Positions 11,467 to 23,790 are shown, counted from the first letter of the whole stretch. The stretch: DNA of 63,040 nt, filler included, from Olpidium bornovanus S191 (GCA_017911155.1; 26 parts of 26 records of this genome joined end to end with filler, not necessarily neighbours in it); one strand, 5' to 3'. Notes: generated by a model not told the origin, from the sequence alone. Numbers and translations: made by a program.

Positions 11467-12899
11467 CATGACGCGCACGAGCAGGCCTACAGATTGTGGG
11501 AGACACACTGGGAAATCGCCAGACATACCGTTTGGACAAGTTCTCGACGGACTTTTTGATTTTAACAAAAATCGAAGAGTGGCCTTGTCCCTGGTTGAAA
11601 ACAAGCGTCTGGTCCAATGCTGCAAATATATGCTCCAGCACTTCAAACTTGTCCGGCAGTTTCAACTTCGCTGTCTGCCGCACGAGATGGCGGTACCTGA
11701 TGTACCCAGGGACGCGCACCGGCTTTGCGCGCGAGTCTGGCGCACCCTGCAGCGTCACAGTGGGCGCTGCAAGAGCCGGCACGGCAGCTGAAGATGATGG
11801 CGCAGGAGGGACATGGCTGTATCCCACAAAAGCGGACCGAAAAGTTAGGAACAGTCAGCGCAAGTCCCGAGTGCGTCCGCCGACAACTTAACCTCGGTGC
11901 GCAGCACACAAGCCGAAGAGGGGAGCAGCGCAAAAGCAAAACCATAAGGTGATCGATGACCTCATACATTTCATCGTCAGATGATGCAGGGGAAGACGCT
12001 TTGCGTTTCCGGAGCAAATGCCGGTACTTTTCGTATGCGGGCGGTGACGCGGAGGGTCTGGGCGGCGCCGCGGCGGAGGCCGCATCGGCCACGTTGTTGG
12101 CACCAGCAACGTGTGGCCCGGCTTCCAGTTCCGGCTGCTGAATCGCTACTCCCGTCCCGTGCGCGACTGCAGGGTTGGAACCGCTCAGCGGGGTTGAAGC
12201 CAGCTGTGGTCCGTCTCCAAGCGCCACGGGCGGATTTTGGATGCACAATGGCGCCTGTTCCACGCGTTTGGCCGGGTTCCGAAGTGCAGCATCGCGACGG
12301 GTTGGTGCCGCGCTTTTGCACAACAAAGCGCGCTCCCGCACGGAAGGCGTGCTTTTCGCGCTTGGCTCCGTCGTCCTTTTCCATCCGGACGCGTCCAGAG
12401 CCGCCGCACGAAGCGGCGTGACCTGCTTGATCCGCGCAACAGCACGTCAGCGTCGCAGGGCAAGAAATCGCCGGTGACTGCCAGTGTTTTTTTTTCCCGT
12501 CGTTTGCAGACCTTCTGATCGCCGTCAGACGGGCGGCGAAGCTTGGCCTTCTTGGACGTTCGCGCCGAAAGTGACGCACCGTCGGTCACCTGGAAAGATC
12601 CGCACCCCGGCCACTTCAGCTTCACGAAATCGTGGAAGCAAAGCCGTCAAACGCCCACAGACGCGGGGTGGATAATCAACACCGCTACACATCCCCAAAT
12701 AAAGCACGCGCACGTTCCGGCCGTGGCGAGGGGGGGGGGGGGAGGGGGGGTGTGTGAAGGGAGTTCATCTTCTCACCTTCCGCTGAGGGCTGACGAGCGC
12801 AGTTCCCGGGGTAACGGTGCCGGCCGGCGCAGTCTTTCTGCGCACGGCCAGGAAATCCGTGATCTTCCCCTGCCTCTTCTGGTCTTGCTGCCTCGTCAT
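11467..12899 (-). CDS. CDT1: DNA replication licensing factor Cdt1 (5' part)
   Basis: Start exon MTRQQDQKRQGKITDFLAVRRK carries a PIP degron. The downstream exon PGYIRYRHLV..LKLPDKFEVLEHIFAALDQTLVFNQGQGHSSIFVKIKKSVENLSKR matches the Cdt1 geminin-binding winged-helix domain. Confidence 0.85.
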
Positions 12900-15379
12900 T
12901 GCTCCTCGAGAGTCCGCCGAACGCGCGAATGAGCGGCGGCGCGGTGGCGGTGGTTCTTTTTTTTTTTTTTTTGGCCCCTTTGCCGCCTACCGCCTACCCG
13001 AGCGTAACCAACAGCAACAAGGGGGCAACTGCCTGCCACGTGACCTTGGACGGGCGCACGCGGCCGGACGCATGCCGTTCTCTGGGCACGTCACGGGCGG
13101 AGTCGAGGGAGGAACGGAAGACCACGCACCCCGCGTGCCAGGAGGGAAACGGGAAGCACGGACGGCATCAAGCAGCCTGATTCAACCGCTGACGGAACGT
13201 TTGCGCCAGCTGTGCAAGTTTGTGACTTGACTGGGTCGGGCGACGGTGTACACGAGGGTGTCTTGGTCGATCAAGTGGCTCCCGTTTACCGTCCGCATGG
13301 CAGCTCCTTTGGTGTGATCAACCCTGCCGCTCTCGCTGTAGCGCATGGGAAGAGGGGAATTCCTCGTTCGCGATTCGGGTCGCTGTGCGGTGATCTGGCT
13401 GTGCTGCTCGTAATCGGCGGGACCACCTGGCATGGTTCCTGCTGGGGGGGGGGGCGTGGGGTGGGGTGGCGCTCTCCATTTAGTTGGCGTTTTTGATCAC
13501 GTCCCCCCTCTCCCATCTCTCTCTGAAACAAACTCGCGTGTCATTGTCTTCGAACGAAACGCGCAATATGCGGGCCCCCTTGCGGCTTTTGCGTTCCTGT
13601 CGGATACCCCCCACAACCCCAAACACCTGAGCGGCAGCGCTTTCAATCGTATACGGTAAGGTCGTCAATGATTTGCTTTTTTGTTTCTCTTTCTTTATTG
13701 TTTGGCCGGGTTCAACTACACCCCCCCCCCCCCCCCCCCCCCCCCCCCCGCCCCCCGCCACCCCCGGCTCCTCCCCTCGGCGGCAGGTGGTAATCTGGCC
13801 CGAGGTTGGCTTTCCTCTAGACTTAGACCAGATTTTGGTTTATAAAAAAACATCCTTGATCAGTGCGCGACAAGTAGCGGGAACCACCCCGCAACCAAAG
13901 GCTGACCGCAGGGTGCCCGCATGCCTCTTCCCCCAAGACTTACCATCCCGTCCGTGAACTCTTCCCCTCCTCCCCGGACGCTTAGGAAACGAAGGGGGTA
14001 AAGAGGAAACCCGAGCAGCCGACGCACTACGCGTGGCAGCNNNNNNNNNNNNNNNNNNNNNNNNNNNNNNNNNNNNNNNNNNNNTTAATTAATTAANNNN
14101 NNNNNNNNNNNNNNNNNNNNNNNNNNNNNNNNNNNNNNNNACACCTTCGGGATCTGGCAGTCGCAGCGGGCGCTGGCACCTCGGTTGCTGCCGATGGGGG
14201 AAAGCCTTCAAATAATCATAAATGACAATCATAAATGACGATGCCTTATTTGGCCACCATGCGCCTCCCACTATACACTCTTACACTTACTTTTCATTTG
14301 CAGACGACTCTGACCTCGAGGTAATTACCTCAGGTGCCAGTATGCTCAATTGACCCTTCAAGGGGGGAAGTTCTCTCGAATTCCTCGTTTGCTGGAGACT
14401 CCGAATGTATACAGGGGATGCCTAGGAGCACCTCAGCAAACATGAAGATTTGCTGTTCACGGGGGCACGGTTCCAACCCCGAGATGCAAAATAATCAGGC
14501 AGGATTAGTGTACATTATTTTTTTTTGTACCCTGGGCGCGGGAGGCCCCCACAGTCCTTCGGAAATATCACAGGAGCGGAAATGGCGCACCGCGCTCATT
14601 TGAGCGCAGAGGCGGAAATACATGTTGCGGCCTCGTGCCCCGCGTTGCCCGGAGAACGTGGATCTGGATCCAACACCTTTGTCTGGCTAGCGCAGAGGCC
14701 ATTGTCTAATCGGATCTCCAGGGAACGGACAAAGCCCCGTCCAATCCACACAACCTGCGTATGCGAAACATTTGGTGTGCGGGCACCGTTTCCGCCCGGG
14801 ATGCGGCAGAAAAACGGTGGAACTCCGAACTTCAAGCGCGACCCGTTCAGGCACAAGGCCCGAGCCCGGGGCCCCTCCTTGATCTAGCCTTCGTTTAAGT
14901 CAAGCCGGGCCGAGAACGACGGCAAAGGTGGCGCTGAACGGCACGTCCTGTCGGAGTATCGACGGCGGTTCCGAACGCCAGGTGATATCTGTGTGTGTCA
15001 AATTCGGGATATCTAAAAATCATGGCTTCCCCACTCTTCCCCTCAGGTTCACCTCCGGGCTCCGGGAATTAGAATCTGCCAATTCCGCGAATCCGGAAAT
15101 CCAGCAAATACCGCCGGTCGCCGTCAAAATCAAAAAGGAAAAAAAAAGAAGAAGGACGACAGAAAGAAAGAACGAAAGAAAAGGCGTACGCCGGCCCAGC
15201 CGTCGCGAATCCCGCAAGTATTTGCAAATTGGATGAATTCCAACGACGGCCAGCAGGGTGGTGGCCTCAATGACAGCGATCAGAGGGATGACCGCGGCGA
15301 AGACTCCGCTCCCCCCTGCCACCTTGTCTACAAAAAAAAAGAACAAAAAAAAACAATATAAAAGGTGTACGCTGGTGGC

Positions 15380-16200
15380 CGTCGAAAACGACTCCTCAAC
15401 CTTCACATGTTGGGTGTCGAGTCCGTTAAGATTTGTCACAGCACTTTGTACAAGACATGACAAAACTGGTGCCAGGCAGCAGCAGTGGTCATGAGAGTAT
15501 GCGACTCGTTGATCGTGCCTTTCGGAGAAAATGGCATGTCCAAGAAGTAGAGCCGTTTGTGGTTCCGCCGGCCTGTGGCAATTATACATTTGTACAGGGA
15601 AATGGTAAAGGTGACGTTCGGTTCAAAGACGACGCGGTCACCTCGTTCAGTCGCACGGCCAACAGAGGAGGGTGTGATACAGGGACGGTGCGTAGATGGC
15701 CTTGTGTAGATCAAGAGTGGTTTGGCGTCCGGTGATGTGCACAGTTCCAGCTTCCCCAGTCGTGGACGTAGTTTCTGTGAGGGCGCCTCAAAGCTGAGTC
15801 GTTGGAGATTGGCGAGGTTGGTAAAACGATGTTCGTCCGGGGACATATGATCAGACGCGCATGTGTCAACGTAGGCCGGGCTGTCGAGCAACTCCTAGTC
15901 GCAGGCAGTTCAGAGAACGTAAATAGGGCCACCACGGCGTTTGCCTCTCCGGCGGTGGGGTTGCCCGGCACATTCACATCATGATCACTTACCTCCTTGT
16001 TTTATGCAGTACGTTGGCCGACTTGACTATTCTTGGTTGCAGATACTGGCAAAGAAGCCATTTTGATGGCAGTGTCTGCGTTCCGCATCGGCGGACGGGA
16101 TGATCTTGCCGGCCTTGTTTTTAAGATGTGTCTTTTTATCGTATGTTATGACGTGCTTAGTTTTCACGTTTGGCTGTGCAGACTGTACCAGGTTTGCGCT
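15380..16200 (-). mobile_element. Degenerate Ty1/copia gag-pol relic (protease and GAG-pre-integrase region)
   Basis: YVDTCASDHMS resembles the lDSGAsdHM protease motif. It is followed by GDRVVF, LYFLD and AWHQFCH (WHxRlGH-like). Frameshifts and stops are present. Confidence 0.7.
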
Positions 16201-16544
16201 CGCTGTCTGACGAGGCTACGGGAGATGTCGCGCAAAATGAGCAGCAGCAACATGNNNNNNNNNNNNNNNNNNNNNNNNNNNNNNNNNNNNNNNNNNNNTT
16301 AATTAATTAANNNNNNNNNNNNNNNNNNNNNNNNNNNNNNNNNNNNNNNNNNNNCATGATGTCTACACAAGTGGCTGATGTCCACGTGCACGACAAGGCT
16401 GTTTCCTCAACTTGTCATTTCGATGTCATTTCGACATCACGGAATGAGCGACGGCTGTTTACATCGCGGCTTGACACGGATATCATATTGGCCTGATGTC
16501 AGAATCCCCGACCTCTCTTGACATATGCACGCCGCAACATCGCC

Positions 16545-16695
16545 TGGATGTCACGCAGAGACATCAAGCAAACTTAAAGTGCTGGATGTCACGCAGAGAC
16601 ATCAAGCAAGCTTAAAGTACTGGATGTCACGCAGAGACGTCAAGCAAGCTTAAAGTACTGAATGTCACGCAGAGACTCAAACAACCTTGATGTAC
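16545..16695. repeat. 38-bp minisatellite, 4 tandem copies
   Basis: Unit TGGATGTCACGCAGAGACATCAAGCAAGCTTAAAGTAC at 16545, 16583, 16621 and 16659 (last copy degenerate). No spacers. Confidence 0.95.
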
Positions 16696-16807
16696 CTTTC
16701 TAGCGCGTCTATCGAGGAAAAAACGGCTGTGTAATGTACTGCTGAGCAGCAAGCTCCCGCTGCGTGATAGATACTTCTACAAAAAGATATCCAGACACGT
16801 AACAAGC

Positions 16808-16943
16808 GCCTGCTACGGTTCCTTACGCGCGGCGCGCCGTGCACTGGTCCACTTGCGGTATAACACCAAAGTAGGCCTGCTACGGTTCCTTACGCGCGGC
16901 GCGCCGTGCACTGGTCCACTTGCGGTATAACACCAAAGTAGGC
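16808..16943. repeat. Exact 67-bp tandem duplication
   Basis: GCCTGCTACGGTTCC...CACCAAAGTAG at 16808 and 16875. Confidence 0.95.
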
Positions 16944-17452
16944 TCCATCTCCTAGTCTCCTCGCGCTGCAATAGGCGGCGGCCCCTTTTGCCCTGCTTGC
17001 TGGGCTGTGATCCAAGCATTTGGCGGATCCTTCTGCCCAGCGTGCTGGGCTCCATGCTGCGTTAATGGCGGTCCCTTTTGCCCCTTGCGTGCCGCTTCCC
17101 GTGTTTTGCTCTTCATGCGGCATTAGTTGAGTGAGACCACTGCTGCCTTCTGCCGTGTGCACTCGTCAAAAAGTCTTTTCAGCACCTTTCGCGCTTCTAG
17201 CGCCTTTGGTGGTCCCCGAGTCTCGGCGCGACGCGTCGTTGGCCGCAGCCCAAAAAGCTTCGCGGAGGGGCGGTTGGCGCTCTGGGGCTGCGCCTCTTCT
17301 GCGCGGCTCCCAAGCGCGGCTTTTCGTCAAGCTCGGACACTCCGCAGAGGCCCCGTTGGACCAACTGTCACGTGCAACCTTTCTGTCGCCGGGAAGGCGG
17401 GGAAGCGGAGCCAGCTGCAGTGAAAAGAGGTGGTGTGAATGTTGGCCGCGCG

Positions 17453-17495
17453 ATGCTGGTCAACCTGGCGTTCGAGGTGCACGGGAAGGTGCAGG
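17453..17495 (+). CDS. Acylphosphatase, first exon only
   Basis: MLVNLAFEVHGKVQG followed by a GTGAGT donor. Matches the acylphosphatase F/Y-E-V-x-G-K-V-Q-G(VFFR) signature. Confidence 0.7.
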
Positions 17496-17588
17496 GTGAG
17501 TCTGGCCGAGAATAAGCCGGCGCCTCCACGAGACGACACGGGCGCAGGATGAAGGGGGGGGGGGGGGAAGGGGGGGGGGGCCCCCCCC

Positions 17589-17664
<76 letters not shown>

Positions 17665-17850
17665 NNNNNNNNNNNNNNNNNNNNNNNNNNNNNNNNNNNN
17701 NNNNNNNNTTAATTAATTAANNNNNNNNNNNNNNNNNNNNNNNNNNNNNNNNNNNNNNNNNNNNCGCGCTCTCCAACGCCACCGCCCGAACCCGCCCAGC
17801 CCCAACACAGGCCCCGCCCCGCCTCTGCGCACACCGGGCGGGAAGAAGAA

Positions 17851-17885
<35 letters not shown>

Positions 17886-17893
17886 GCGCGGGG

Positions 17894-17934
<41 letters not shown>

Positions 17935-18348
17935 GAGCACCCGGCGGGAAGGGGAGAAAGAGAAGGAGAGCCCTGTTAAGTTAGGACGGGGCGGCGAGTA
18001 AGCGAAACCCCCAGCGCATAGCAGAAGCCGCGGCAGCATGGCCTGCCGCGGCACACGACCGCCTTTCTTCCTTCCTCCGCGGGGCACGGGCCAATTACGG
18101 TACCCTAGAGGGGTCCATGCTTCTTCCCCCCGCGGGCGACGCATTCGCACTCCCCCACACGTCCCAGCCGTTCACGCAACGGTATTTTCCCGCCGCCCAG
18201 TGTTTTTCTCTTCCTCGAGCTCTCGCTCGCTGTTTGTCGTCTCCGTGTCGGCAGTCGCTTCCAACGCGCCGCCCAACTCGCTCTTCATGGTGCAAAACGC
18301 CACGGAGGAACTCAGGGGGAAGGGTAATGCGGGGCTCCCTCAACGCGC

Positions 18349-18795
18349 CTTCACGTCCTCTACGTCCTCATCTTCCCAAGTGCCTTTCGAAGCCGGGGCG
18401 GCGACGGCGGGGAGGTCGTCGACCTCGTCTTCTGCAAAGAGGGCAAAAAAGGAGGTCGGGAAAAGAGCGCGGCCAGAAAGGTGGACCGAGGTTTGTGCAC
18501 GCCGTCAGCGGCAAATCGGTAAAACCGCCCAAAAGTCGTCGCACCACTGCAAAGTGGCGCGGAGGGCTTGGGCGGTTCTCCCGCCGCCGAACTCCTGCCC
18601 GAACATAATGCGCGACTTTCACCCCTCCCCTCGCCTCCCCTCTCCCCCCCACGCCAGCCCCAAGCCTGCGCGACCTTTATCTCCGGCCCTCCTCCTCTCC
18701 TTTTGCGCCCTCGCCTTTCCGTGCCCGTCCCTTCCGCACCCCTCGCATCTCCCTCCCCACGCCGTTTCACTCTTGTTCTCACCCCAGTTCGACAT
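18349..18795 (-). CDS. eIF3j/Hcr1-like N-terminus (two exons)
   Basis: Exon 18795-18783 plus exon 18431-18349 (phase 1) give MSNWEDEVDDLPAVAAPASKGTWEDEDVEDVK, the acidic Trp-repeat start typical of eIF3j. Continuation would need a GC donor (AAG|GCGCGT) and the next exon was not found. Confidence 0.55.
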
Positions 18796-21442
18796 GGTTC
18801 GGTCGGGTCGGTTGTGTTTTTGTCCGCTTTCGAGCGTTTTTTTTTCCGGCGCGCTGGCGCGTGCGTGCTGTGCGTTGTGGGTGTGTGCGGGCGCGCGGGA
18901 GGTTTTTTTTTTTAAAAAATTAAAACATAAAAAATAAAAAATAAAAAACAAAGAATTAAAAAAAAAAAGAAAAGAAAACCGCCCGCCCTGCCAACCAACC
19001 ACCCCACACACACGCCGCCTGCGGAGTCAAAAGGTCGGCAACTCGGCTAAACACAGCACGCCCTCCGTTGTTCGTTTCGGCGTTCTGCGTTTTCCGTTTC
19101 CCGAAGATCGCACACTCCGCGTCGATTCCGCGCGTGCAAATTAAGCGTTTCCTGAAAAGGCGAAGAGTTTGAGGGGATTTTGGCGAACGCCCTTTCTGTA
19201 ACACGGAGGGCGGAAAATGTTGCGCACGCACGCCTCCGTTGCTCCCCAGAAGGCGGCGCCGCCGCTGTAAAACAGCACACCCGCAGAGGCAAAGGATAAA
19301 CGGGCCGGGGGGGAGGGAGGGGGTGTGTCTGAAAGGCAGATCAACGCTACTTCTTTTGCCTTCTTTTTCGTTTTTTTTTGTTGTTGTTGTTGCTCTCTTC
19401 CCTTGGGAGGACCCCTCCTTCCCGCACACCCAATCAGCGCGTGAAGTCCCGGGACACCCGCCCCCCCCGCGCCGTGCTGTGCGCGTCCACACGCCCGCCC
19501 GAGCCGCGGCACCGACAAGCTGCTAGAGCACACGGCACGCACAGCCATGACGCCGACGAGCACGAACACGTCAGCAACGCTGCTTGCCGATCTGCACAGG
19601 ACACAGCGGCGTTCCTCGCGAATTGCGATCGGCCACGCCTCCCCCGGCTGATCTGCACAGGACAGCAGTGCCGCTACTTGGCTTCACGGGGTGCATGCAG
19701 CCCCCGGCCGGCGTTCGCTGCTCGCACTGGTTGGAGGACCGCGCCCTCGCGCCAAGCCGAGTTGTGACACACCACTCCGCGCAACCGAACTGGAGAGCTG
19801 GGCGAAATGATTGCNNNNNNNNNNNNNNNNNNNNNNNNNNNNNNNNNNNNNNNNNNNNTTAATTAATTAANNNNNNNNNNNNNNNNNNNNNNNNNNNNNN
19901 NNNNNNNNNNNNNNATGAGCGGATGTGCAAAATGATTGGTCTTAAATGACTCTCATGCCTTCTGCGGGAGGAAGAGATGGAGATCTAGATGGCTTGCCTC
20001 ATGCGTGAGGAAGCGGCCCTCTCAGGAGGAGCCTAAAGATGTGCACCTTTTCTGAGTGTTACCCTGACATCAGCTGTATGCTAGATGCGTTGCCCGCAGG
20101 CGCTCCGGCTTTGAGTTTTTCCCTGATGTGTCAGTTTTTTTTACCATTGCCTTGTATGGAGCAAGAACTCTCCTCCTCAGCACACAAGGGTGCTGAGCGC
20201 TAAAAGGAAGGTTCCCCGTAAAGGGAGGAACCACGGCTGCTCCCCTTGAGCGAGGAGGAGTGTTGTGAACCGTATGATGCGCTCTACGGGTCACGTGTTC
20301 AGCAAAGATGCATACCTCTGGGTGAGACCTGTGGAAGCAGGCCTCCCCACCGGCCGCAAACAAAGGAAGCAAAACAAAAGCTCTCCCCCTCTTTTTGCAA
20401 TGGAATGCACGCCCGATTCACGAAAATAAACTACAAACGAAGGGCCCTAAGGTCTCTTTTTTTTTTTCTTTCCTCTCCATCTCGCTTCCCGGCGAGAAAC
20501 AGAAAGAAGGCTGGCGCGACGAACGGGCTTCCGTAACGCGAGCAAGAAGCGGGCGCAGCGGCAGCGGACGTCGGGGGAGCGACGCGGCACCGGGGGTTTT
20601 CATCCCCGCGCAAGCCTACGCTTCGCCCCGACGCGAACTTTATTTTTTCTTTATTTTTTTTTTCTTTTTGTTTTATTCGCGGACGAATCGGTTTCGCGGG
20701 CGGAGAGCGCCAGAAAAGGGTGTGACAGCAGCGCGCGACGATCATGTGACGTCATAAAAGAAAAAAAACGCAAATTACGAGCCGACATCTCATTCGCAGG
20801 GCCCGGGCGTGGGGAGAAGGAAACACACCGACTGGGAGAACTTTGTGAGGAGGTCACGGACGAGCGCGGTCCAGAAGGATCGGAACGCAGGCGCCGCACC
20901 GGGAGACACGGCAAACCAAAGAAAATCCCGGGCTGCGGGCTGTCGGACACGTCAACTCTCTCGAATACGCGCGATCGACGCATCGCCGTCTCTGGATTTA
21001 AACAAGCGTAGCTCGGGACAGGCAACCCCCCTCACTTTCTTCCCCCCCCTTCCTCCCCCAGACGTCCCCAAACGAACCCCCGAGTGGATTCGCGCGGCGC
21101 CCGCGCGCACCCAGAGCCAGACACAGAGGCCCGATGTTAGAAAAGGAGAAAAGAAGAGGGCCAAAGAGAGAAGCAGAGCAGGACACTGCGAGAGAGAGAG
21201 CGAGAGCGAAAGAAAGATAAAGAGAGCGGAAAAAAGTAACGAGGTTGAAAAACGAAACCACTGTCCCCAGCTGGCTTCAACGGCCCTACTAACAACTGTC
21301 TTTTCAACTTTGGCAATGTTAGAATGGATTGCGTCCACAAGAGGCGCGCATCTCATCAGCGCTATTGAACAACTTATTCAAAAAACGTCTGCGACCAACT
21401 TAGTATTCGATAGATACTGTTCATTAAGTGACGTTGTTCAAG

Positions 21443-21553
21443 AATACAAACCAATTACTATAGAAATAACTAATATTTATTACTGCCTTAATAAATTAAA
21501 ATACAAACCAATTACTATAGATATAACTAATATTTATTACTGCTTTAATAAAT
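21443..21553. repeat. 57-bp AT-rich tandem duplication
   Basis: AATACAAACCAATTACTATAGA(A/T)ATAACTAATATTTATTACTGC(C/T)TTAATAAAT at 21443 and 21500. Confidence 0.95.
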
Positions 21554-21563
21554 AAATGTTTAA

Positions 21564-21634
21564 CAGTACAAATCAGGTTTAAACTGATTCTATACGTCAG
21601 TTTAAATACATCAGTTTAAATCTGATTTGTACTG
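21564..21634. repeat. Inverted repeat / hairpin, 25-bp stem and 21-nt loop
   Basis: CAGTACAAATCAGGTTTAAACTGAT (21564-21588) pairs with ATCAGTTTAAATCTGATTTGTACTG (21610-21634) with one G-T mismatch. Confidence 0.9.
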
Positions 21635-23340
21635 CTCAAACCTTAGTTTATAAGTTATTCAATTGGTTTATTCAATACCAATCTTTAGATAATTGATAAT
21701 GTATTAATAATAATGTTATTATTCCTATTACTACTTATTTATATTATTATTCCTTAATTAGGGTTTGAACGTATTCAGTGGAATATTGGTATAATCAGAT
21801 TTGTAAATAGCTGGAAAAGGCTTACTCCGCAGGCTCGTGAACCGTTAGGAAAAATCACAATATTATATTTTTGGTTGTCTCGTTTCTAAAACCAAGAACG
21901 TTGAAGTATCTCTGCGGCGTTCTGTCCTCGGTCCCCCCCCACCGCCCCACCCCCCCTTTTTTTTCTGACGTAAGGGCGTGAAAAAGAGGTAGCTCGGTAC
22001 ACTTACACGGTGCGGCTTCAGTGTCAATAGGAAACGGTTCGTATACAATGTCCCCGCTCAGTCGCCTTGATGCTAATCAAATCACTGACCTGGGAGGTTT
22101 GTTGGTGTATTACGTGCGAAGCGGGCCTTCTGCTGATCTGACTGGGCGTTTTTGTCGTCGTCCTAAAAATTACGTATGGCCTCGCCGCACCTTGGCCGTT
22201 CTCGAAGTAGTAGAAATATTGTACGATCTGCAAAGAGTACGTACAGAGTGGAATGGCCCATCGGCAAAGGATGATGATAAGCGAGCTCTAATAGACCACC
22301 GCGGAAGCAAATACCAAAAGAAGGTTACGATTCCTAGCTCGATTTTGCTTAATGTGGCAGCCGATATCGACGTGCCTGAGAATCAAACATGGTTGCACGG
22401 AGACCGCCCTCGTTTACGCAAAGTGCAACAGCCGCCCCAAGAGGAAACGCTTGTTGTCATACCGCGAGGCGCGATCTTGATATCCTTGCTCACTTCACGA
22501 AAAACATCGCGTAATTTTACCTCGAGGGCAACTCACGGTGGAGTTCGAACCGCGACTTCCCCGATGCTTGGCGGGGTGCTGCGGAGACCCACGGTTTGAA
22601 TTCAGAAGATTTGTAAGGCGGCGGCCGGTACGTTGACAGGCAGAAATAGACAACCTAGTCCGATTCCTCGCGTTCTTCCGTACGAAAACAACGGGCCGTT
22701 GCCGCCCGATGCTTGTCGCCCAGCGTTGGTCTTTTGCTTCTGCAAGATTCGCCGCCAACAGTCTGCTGTACACGCTGGAGGTTCCGTTGCCCCGCAATTT
22801 CTGGATGGGGTTTATTGGGTGTCACGACCAGAGGAGGGTTGGGGAATGGGGGCGCCCTGTGGTCGAAGGGGGTGCAACATCGCCCCGATCCGATGTTGTT
22901 CTGTCTCAAAGTTCCCCGATTTCATCCCCCCGCAATCGGCATCGTCTGCCAAGCTGGTGGCGGCTCTGGGCCTGGGGAACGCGGGTGCCCGGTGCAGTTA
23001 CATGATGCACAAATTGATGATGCGGACAGGGCGACGCCACCGTGCGCTTCAAGACGCGCCGGGCGAAGCCTGACACGTCATTATCGTCGGCAGCTGCAGG
23101 CACAGCGTGGGAGGCAGCACATGGTGGTGACCTTGTCTGATAACGGCGAGCGCCCGGCATCATCAGAGCCCCCAGTCGGCTGCGGCGGATTCGCATTTGC
23201 AGCGCCGCCGGGCCGGGGACCAAAACACACCCCGCAAAATNNNNNNNNNNNNNNNNNNNNNNNNNNNNNNNNNNNNNNNNNNNNTTAATTAATTAANNNN
23301 NNNNNNNNNNNNNNNNNNNNNNNNNNNNNNNNNNNNNNNN

Positions 23341-23790
23341 GAGGTGCGCCTGCCTGACGGGACCGTGCTGGACCCTAAGGAGATGGTCGGCCCGCCGCGG
23401 CCGGGGCGGGCCGTGGCGTTCCTCGGCGACACGAACGGATCGATCACCTCGGAGCCCATGCTTCGGGCGGCCCGCGACGCCGACGTCGTCGTGCACGAGG
23501 CGACCAACGCTCTCACCTCCAGAGACCCGCCGGGAACCACGCGGGAGAAGGTGGAGCAAAAGGCCCGCGACCACGGGCACTCCCCCCCCGCCATGGCCGC
23601 GGAGTTTGCCAAGGCCGTCAACGCGAAGCTGCTGGCGCTGACGCATTTCTCGTCGAGGTATCGGGGAGACGACGACGAGGAGTCCGTGGGCGTCATGAAC
23701 GAGATCCGAGACGCCGCCAAGGAAGTCTTTCCCAACGAGGTGCTCACGGCCGTCGACCTGATGGTGCTCAAGATTCCCAAGCGGAGCTGA
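23341..23790 (+). CDS. Ribonuclease Z (tRNase Z, short ELAC1/Rnz-type), C-terminal part
   Basis: Exosite end RLPDGTVLDPKEMVGPPRPGRAVAFLGDT, then HEAT, HGHS and LTHFSSRY motifs. Stop at 23788-23790. Confidence 0.9.
   Translation, partial: EVRLPDGTVLDPKEMVGPPRPGRAVAFLGDTNGSITSEPMLRAARDADVVVHEATNALTSRDPPGTTREKVEQKARDHGHSPPAMAAEFAKAVNAKLLALTHFSSRYRGDDDEESVGVMNEIRDAAKEVFPNEVLTAVDLMVLKIPKRS

Noticed and set aside
16545-16695. 38-bp repeats of CRISPR-like length
   Set aside because: Head-to-tail with no unique spacers, no cas genes, and a eukaryotic context.
17546-17664. Long poly-G and G-C-G blocks here and at 9190-9309 and 29741-29818 as G-quadruplex elements
   Set aside because: They sit at contig ends and share a near-identical G(n)C(n)G(n) pattern, typical of low-quality or two-colour-chemistry poly-G artefacts. 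Lengths are unreliable.
20743-20754. Overlapping CATGTG E-box and TGACGTCA CRE site
   Set aside because: Short motifs expected by chance, and no downstream gene could be identified.
20809-21555. ORF ending in a 19-aa repeat (YKPITIEITNIYYCLNKLK)
   Set aside because: The frame crosses from GC-rich low-complexity DNA into the AT island. The peptide repeat just mirrors the 57-bp DNA duplication and no family is recognised.
22021-22599. 192-aa plus-strand ORF next to the AT island
   Set aside because: No recognisable motif, and competing splice-like signals on the minus strand. I could not support a call.
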